Below, piece by piece: positions 49,262 through 56,403 of a stretch of 56,403 nucleotides of DNA. The translations under genes and the position numbers were made by a program. The notes beneath the pieces are model-generated. The model saw nothing but the letters and a program-made list of their open reading frames with translations. It had not been told where the DNA came from and did no database searches. This DNA comes from Octopus bimaculoides (Eukaryota). Where the stretch lies: contig NC_068986.1 in the NCBI RefSeq assembly GCF_001194135.2, positions 91,846,828-91,903,230 on the forward strand, read 5' to 3'. Numbering within the stretch: the first letter of the stretch is position 1; every line of letters begins with the position of its first letter.

Positions 49262-49405
49262 GGCGTTAGGAAGGGCATCCAGCTGTAGAAACTCTGCCAA
49301 ATTAGATTGGAGCCTGGTGTTGCCATCCGGTTTCACCAGTCCTCAGTCAAATCGTCCAACCCATGCTAGCATGGAAAGCGGACGTTAAACGATGATGATG
49401 ATGAT
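49170..49405 (+). mobile_element. (CT)n microsatellite followed by a short young family E tail
   Basis: Tail essentially identical to 27808-27877 and 44159-44224. Confidence 0.85.
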
Positions 49406-49780
49406 ATATATATATACATACACATACATACATACATACATACATACATACATACAAACACATGCACACACACATGTAAATATATGCACATACATGTGCT
49501 CACACACACACACATGCATGTAAATGTACGTATGCTTGCTTGCATGTATTAGTAAACTGCAGATGGAAGTGCACAACACTTCATCATGAATAGGTGCTAT
49601 GCTGTGCCTATTTTTTTTTTTTTTTTTTGAGAAAAAAAACATCAGAATCTATATGAAACACATGTAAAGAGTGGATGCTGTATAGCAATAAAACAGAACC
49701 AGCTTTTACTGAATTCAGCAGTATTGAAAGAAAAAAGTATAAGGCATTGAATATGCAATGCTAACATAGTTATCCTACAA

Positions 49781-50090
49781 CAGTGGCTCTCAAAGTGGGT
49801 AGTATTGCCCTTCTGGGGGTGGTCGAAAGTTCTAAGGGTGGTGTTAAAGAAAAGTGGAGCGATAGTGGGGTAGTGATTCATGTAAAAAGTGGGGTGATAA
49901 TGGGTAGCAATTCATGTAGAAACAACAAAATAATGGGTTCATTAGGTTAGGTTTTATTTGTGAAATATAGTTGCTTTGAATTTGCTTCAGAAAGAGGTCT
50001 TTGCTTGTGATTGTTAGCTGGGGTGGGGGCGCTAGGAATGTGGTCTGGGTATCAAGGAAGCGGCAGCCCAATAAAGTCTTGGAACCACTG
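49781..50090. mobile_element. hAT/Charlie-type MITE 1
   Basis: Termini cagtggctctcaa / ttggaaccactg. Confidence 0.7.
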
Positions 50091-50098
50091 CTCTACAT

Positions 50099-50486
50099 CA
50101 ATGATTCTCAACCATTTTTTACTTATAGACTGTCGATTCCTATTCTATTCTGGTGCCCCCCCCCCATAGCCATTTGATGTTTAAAAACTAGTTTTAGAGA
50201 CACTTCTTTCAAAATTCCTATTTTGGTAATCACACATTCACTTGTATAAATTGGACAATGTAAAGCATTTGAGAAAGAAATTTAGCTGTTTCTTGCAATA
50301 AATACATTCTTTCATTCTTTTACATTTCATCCCTAATGCTGGGGTACCGTCACATCTGAAACAATATCTTTTCATGGACACTTCACATACTACTGTGAAT
50401 CTCCACTTCACTATTTTGCTTGTGTGAACCCCAAAACTCTTATATGGACCCCTTGGAGTCATATGGATCCTGGTTGAGAATCACTG
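50099..50486. mobile_element. hAT/Charlie-type MITE 2
   Basis: Termini caatgattctcaacca / tggttgagaatcactg. Confidence 0.75.
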
Positions 50487-51837
50487 CCCCATACTCTCTG
50501 CTACACTTTTCCTATGTTCTTCATTTTGAAAATTCTACCACTGAAGTCATGATAGTAAGACTAAAAAGAGAGTAACAACTATTATTACTTTTACAATGGT
50601 GTAAATGCCACAGAGTAGCCTGATCTTGATACTTTGACCTAATAAAATATTTGTCAATCTTACAGCACTGTCCACCTTTGCTAAAAGCAATGAACCACTT
50701 CACTATACAATGCCTACATAGTTTTGCTATGGAGAGTTTTTCAAAGGGAGATTTTGTTAAGAAGGCAGAGTCTTGTTAAAGAAAATGTTAAGAAGTTGTA
50801 AATCATTGTAAGTTTGAAATATATATGAAAAGAATTGACAAAAACTGTACGTGGAATTGTTTGTATGACATATTTTCTGAAGTATGTATGTAAATATAGT
50901 TTATTTTTGCATTTATTTGTTTGTGGCAGTATGTATGTATGAGTGTATAATAGTATATATATATAAATATAGCAATATGAGTGTGCTGGAGAACAATGCA
51001 TCAATGTGTGGTGGCTCTGTGTGTGTGTGTGTGTGTGCCAGTGTGTATGTGAGTGTGTGACAGCATGTGTGTGAAAGTGGATGAGGGCAACGTGTTTGTG
51101 TGTAACAGTGTGCACATGTGTGTGGTAGCATGTTTGTGTGTGTTTGGCAATGTGTGTGTGTTCACGTGTGTAGCAGGATGTGTGCATGTGAATAGTAGTG
51201 TGTGAGTGTGAATGTGAATGGGGGTGGGTGGAAGCAGTGCACACATGCATGTAATATTAGGAAGTTTGAACCAGTAACTCTGTAATCCCTAAACCAAGCC
51301 TAATAATTAGGACAGCCAGCGAACCAACAATAACAGCCATTATTTCAAACACTTCAATTTCAGAACAATGAGAAATAGTTTGGTGATAGTAGTGGTGGTG
51401 GTGGTGGTGGTTGATATTGCTGGTGTTGATGGTGTTCAAAAAAATGGTGGCAGTAGACATGGTAGTGATACGCCACTTCGGCCAATAACAGGATCCCATT
51501 TAGATTAGCAGCTAAGGGTAGATGCTCTCGCCTGGTCACATTCTCTAGCCTATACATGCATTTACATATTAACATATAATAATCACCATCATTAATACAC
51601 TCATCTCACATTAGCACATTCCTAATCTTTCCTTGAAATACACCATTCTAAAATTCCTCATCTTCCTCCTGCATATTTTTGTTGTTTATTTTCCTTGGTT
51701 TTTTTGGGGGGGTTTTTTTCTACTCCAGCCTACAAAATTTCAAATTTCAATCTGAATTCTAAATGCATTGATCTTACAAGTTTAAGACAATTTCAAATAT
51801 CAGTGGTGCATTTTATCCTCCTGAAGGCCAACATAGT

Positions 51838-51966
51838 CCTAAGGACCTGAGAGACCTGCATGGGGTGGATGTAGGTATCTTCAAAATAAAGCTGGACCAC
51901 TTCCTGTCAAGTGTCCCAGATGAACCAACTTCGCGGCAGGAGGTGCAGATGAGGGCAGCTGCATCA
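51838..51966 (+). mobile_element. CR1/L2-group LINE C-terminal fragment
   Basis: PKDLRDLHGVDVGIFKIKLDHFLSSVPDEPTSRQEVQMRAAAS matches the invertebrate LINE end motif LP..LR…FK..LD.FL..VPDEP….RAA.SNS. Confidence 0.75.
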
Positions 51967-52084
51967 TGTTGTGTACAGATTGCAAACAAAAGTCTCACCT
52001 TTTACATATACAGTATTGTTTGCAGCCCTCCATGATAGCATATATGGGCTGTTCATTATTTGATAGACTGGGGTATTAATACTC

Positions 52085-52208
52085 TGCTTGGAAATAGGTG
52101 AGGGTTGGTGTCAGGAAGGACATCTGGCTGTAGAAAACTCTGCCTAAGCATAGTCTCACCTAACCCATGCAAGCATGGGAAAGTGGACATTAAAATGATG
52201 ATGATGAT
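52085..52208 (+). mobile_element. Decayed family E tail
   Basis: ggaaggacatctggctgtagaaaactctgcc…catgcaagcatgggaaagtggacattaaaatgatg. Confidence 0.65.
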
Positions 52209-53049
52209 TGCAGTATTCTCGCCTGAAGATATTCTAGTAAGGCATTCAAGCCATTACACTGTTATACCAATGATATAGATTAATTTCCCATCTTATGTAC
52301 AAATCTTTCAATTATTTTATTTTATTTATTTTTTTTTTTTTGTGTTAATGTTTTTGTAATTAAAAATAAGATAAATGAAAATACATACAGTCTGGATGGA
52401 ATTTAAAATACAGAACTCCAAAATAAACTCAAAGATAATTTTATTTCTATTTTCTTTTATTTTTATGATGATTTGCTATCGGAAAATTCATTTGATAAGA
52501 TAAAACACCTGAACATTGTAGGTACAAAATGAAACATCTATAAGATAGACCACCAGATGCTAGCATAAACTGTAAATAAATGGCCTCAGATAATGGTGTA
52601 TTAATAACAAGATTAAAATATTTGCAAGATCATAGATGCATAAAGGGAGATGTGATATCTTTAATGAGTTTGGCATAAGCATTTTATATGAGAGAAAGGT
52701 TAAGGGAGGTTTTTCACACGCTACTTAGTAAATCCACTAAGTTTTGCTATTATGTTTGATTTTAATTTTTTAAAGCTTTTTTTAGTTTTTAGTTTTCTTT
52801 TTAAATTAGGGAATGATCCAATAATAGAACTCCAAGATATAGTATGGTTTAGAATAACAAAATTGATATAAACTCATGCAGAGTTGATTTGGGAGTTAAT
52901 TGAAGAATCTCTGATTGAAATTCTAGATGAAGACATGAATACAACCAGGATTTGTAAAATATTTATATCAGAGTACTACTATCACCTCTGAGTCAGTGCT
53001 TCAGCTATATACATACATACATACATCCTAGATTGCATAAAAAAGAGTG

Positions 53050-53390
53050 GGGGGGGGGCACCTCACTAACTGGCAGGAGTTATTCCCTAACAAACTCCAA
53101 CATTTGGACCACAGATGTTCTGTCTCATTCTTTAGCCTTCTCCACCACTACTACAATGCTCTCTGCTCCCCAGAGCTGGCTCATCTCATACCGCTTCCAC
53201 TCAACTCTCCCATGCCACTCAGCTCTCTCATCTCATACCGCTTCCACTCAACTCTCCCATGTCACTCAGCTCTCTCATTCTCATTACTCATAATATATCT
53301 ACACCCCAGGAACTGTCCTAACAACTATGCCCAGTCCTTACTCCCCAGACACTCCACCACTGGAATTTCCTTCCTACCCATATTTCCTTT
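53050..53390 (+). mobile_element. L2/Crack-like LINE 3' fragment with a 47-bp tandem duplication
   Basis: LQHLDHRCSVSFFSLLHHYYNALCSPELAHLIP…NNYAQSLLPR resembles LSHRR.VASL..FY.Y…CS.EL. Repeat unit at 53180 and 53227. Confidence 0.72.
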
Positions 53391-53838
53391 TTTTTTTTTT
53401 GTTTTTCTATAGCTGTCAACTTCCTTTTACTCTTTTCTTGTTTCAGTCATTACACTGTGCTCCCCCCCCACCCCCACCTTGAAGGATTTTAGTTGAATGA
53501 ATCAATTCCTGTACTTTGTATGTTTAAGCTTGGTACTTATTCTATCGGTCTCTTTTGCCGAACCACTAAGTTACAGGGACGTAAATACACCAACACTCAT
53601 TGTCAAATGGAGGGATACTAATAAGCTGGTGCTGGAACTCAATATNNNNNNNNNNNNNNNNNNNNNNNNNNNNNNNNNNNNNNNNNNNNNNNNNNNNNNN
53701 NNNNNNNNNNNNNNNNNNNNNNNNNNNNNNNNNNNNNNNNNNNNNNNNNNNNNNNNNNNNNNNNNNNNNNNNNNNNNNNNNNNNNNNNNNNNNNNNNNNN
53801 NNNNNNNNNNNNNNNNNNNNNNNNNNNNNNNNNNNNNN

Positions 53839-54090
53839 GGATGGTGGCGAACCCTGCTGTACTCTTTCACCACAACTTACTCTTACTTCCTGTTTCTGTT
53901 GTGCCTGTAATTCAAAGGGTCAGCCTTGTCACACTGTGTCACGCTGAATATCCCCGAGAACTACGTTAAGGGTACACGTGTCTGTGGAGTGCTCAGCCAG
54001 TTGCACGTTAATTTCACGAGCGGGCTGTTCCGGTGATCGGATCAACTGGAACCCTTGACGTTGTAAGCGACGGAGTGCCAACAACAACAG
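53839..54090 (+). mobile_element. SINE family C 3' part (head lost in gap)
   Basis: Near-identical to 41177-41428. Confidence 0.85.
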
Positions 54091-54619
54091 AACAATGTGC
54101 CAGATAGGTAGAGAACAGTAATGAGGAATTAAAATGACAAGGGAATAAGAAATTGTGTCAAGAACTTCATCGCATAATTTTTATTCCCTTGTCATTTTAA
54201 TTTTGGTTTATAGTGATGTTATATAGACTATTTCTTCATCTTGACACATTTCACTCAGTATTCTCTCCAGTCATCTTCAGGTGATATTCTTAAGTTAGAC
54301 AAAGTGTAGGAGAAATAAACAGAAGGGTGGAAGCGACAGAGAGGGATGATGGGTAGGAGTGTGAGAGACAGACAAGCATGGAATGGGAAAGGCCCGAGCT
54401 GTAGAAAAGGGTGTGGGGAAGCAAACAGACAAAAAATAAGGGTGACAGAAACAAACAGGCAGCAACATAGGAGAAAGACAGAGACAAGCAGAGGAGGGAG
54501 ACAAAGAATAACTGTTTTACGTGGAAAGGAAATAGCTGTGGTCAAAGTCATTGCGTACTGATGAAGTGGTGACATAGACTGACAATAGGCAAGAAATCAC
54601 TAGCGATGCAGCACACACA

Positions 54620-55015
54620 GTATTGATGACGACGATGATGATGATGATGATGATAGAAGTGGTGGTGATGATGGTAGTGGTTGTGATAGAGATGGTAGTG
54701 ATGATAATGATGGTAGCTAGCAGTGGTGATGATGATGATGATGACAATGATGATGGTGGTGGTGGTGGTGACAATGATGATAACATTGGAAGCAGTGTAG
54801 TGATAATGATGGTGCGGAGTGGAGGTGGCGGTAGTAGTAATAATGATGGTGGTGGGGGTGATAGTGATAGTGATGGGACTGGTGGTGAGTGATGATGATG
54901 ATGATGATGGCGACGATGATGATGGTTGTGGTTGTGGTGACGATGGAGTGGAAGCAGTGGTAGTAGTGGTGGTGGTGATGGTGGCGGTGTTGATGGTTGC
55001 GATAATAGTGATGTG
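54620..55015. repeat. (GAT/GGT)n low-complexity tract
   Basis: Direct. Confidence 0.9.
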
Positions 55016-55299
55016 AGGTGACTAATACGGTATGGTGCAATGGAATAAATACGAGTGTTTGTTGTTATGCGTCTGCGTCAAAATACCGTGTGCATGTGTG
55101 TATATGTGTGTATGCTATTATAGTAGTATCGCGTCACCGAACACTATGTTTTGAGATTTGCTTGTACTACACCCCTGGTTAAACCCTCCGGTTAAACTCC
55201 CCGACCCTCGGCTTCCTTTGACTGCTGTTAGGCCTCGCGTGATAAACAAGGCTAATTTTTATTATGGTTAGTTCCTTGTAATTATTAATGTTATTATGA

Positions 55300-55435
55300 G
55301 TTCAAATACCACCGAGGTCGACTTTCCCTTACATTCTTTCGGGGTCGATAAAATAAGTAGCAGTCGAGCATTGGGATCAATATAATCGATTGACCCCTCC
55401 CTTTAATACTGCTGGCCTTGTGCCAAAATTTGAAA
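55300..55435 (+). mobile_element. SINE family B, CpG-retaining
   Basis: gagttcaaataccaccgaggtcgactttccc…tttcggggtcgataaaataagta. Confidence 0.75.
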
Positions 55436-56067
55436 TCATCATCATCATCATCATTATTATTAGTATTATTATTTATTTATTTATTGTTACTCGATGTAAA
55501 TCGCCACCATCATCCCATGTTTGTATTTTGTTCAGCTGCCCACCAACCCCCAACGTCTTGGGTCCTTATAACCAATAAAATAAATCATTATTTATTAACG
55601 CAGTAAACAAGACAATGTACAAGTACTTAGTTACAACCACTTTATATCCCCAGTTCAAATCTCATCGAAGTCAACTCCGCCTTTCATTCTTCCGGGATTC
55701 GAGAAAATAAAAATCCGGTCAAATACTGGGAACCTATTTAAAAACTGTCCCTTCTTCAAACTGTGACATTTTAATACAAAGCGAGAATTCTTAATTATAA
55801 TCATATTTGTCACCCCTATATCCTAAACTATTAGTCTAGGGGAGTTTTTAAAAGATAACGGCATGAATCACGGCTATACTCCTTTTAGTGTGTGCCTATA
55901 TGCGTAGAACGAATCAATGGATTATCAATTTGTGTACCCCCATCCCTCAAACTGACAATCCGTTCACTATATAAACACGAATAAACGTGTTTATATAGAA
56001 TAAACTAAACACGGAAACATGTAAAAGATGGTTCTTACATATTCTGTAACAATGTCCTTACACAAAC

Positions 56068-56117
<50 letters not shown>

Positions 56118-56335
56118 CTCGAGTTTCTGTCGTTATCTCATGAACGAATCCCTATATCCTAAGATCTAATCAAGTCACTTTGTTGTTCCGTGTGGAGTGG
56201 GTCAGCCAGGGACTTAAGAGTCAAGATGACCCAGATTCTGGAGAAACCAGGTGTCAATATAACATACAGCACCTAGCGAATCAAGCAGGTGTTAAAAATG
56301 TGTGTGTGTGTGTGTGTGCGAGTGTTTATTTGCAG

Positions 56336-56403
56336 TTATAACAAAAACAATTTTGCATTTATCTGATGGGTTACTCTATACTTTTGAAGAGTACAGTACA
56401 GAT
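56336..56403 (+). other. Candidate exon start running off the window
   Basis: Acceptor tttatttgcag and open frame (x)ITKTILHLSDGLLYTFEEYSTD to the window end. Confidence 0.2.

Noticed and set aside
52820-52990. Coding-like stretch HAELIWELIEESLIEILDED
   Set aside because: In-frame stop immediately upstream, no splice sites, and unrecognised.

Overview
AT-rich, microsatellite-laden, gapped eukaryotic genomic DNA. The SINE/RTE/mariner repertoire suggests a cephalopod, probably Octopus (inference, not database-verified). No intact protein-coding gene, RNA gene or CRISPR array is supported. Most listed ORFs are artefacts of N gaps and simple repeats. The window is largely nested transposon debris: tRNA-headed SINE families, RTE, L2/Crack-like and CR1-like LINE 3' fragments, three mariner relics, a Merlin/IS1595-like transposase relic, a composite Helitron (14.9-18.8 kb), and hAT, pogo and Helentron-type MITEs. 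A few short splice-bounded exon candidates suggest a host gene with long introns. The most interesting structures are: (1) a nested inverted-repeat locus at 21.1-23.0 kb, with a gap-free 97-bp-arm hairpin whose arm differences favour G.U pairs on the + strand, flanked by two inverted copies of an 88-nt hairpin; (2) two inverted copies of a ~570-bp MITE with 37-bp GG-starting TIRs, exact 8-bp TSDs and a central outward-facing telomeric (CCCTAA)n/(TTAGGG)n palindrome; (3) retroposon foldbacks and head-to-head pairs that would form long dsRNA. Repeat boundaries are read by eye and approximate unless a TSD or TIR is quoted.
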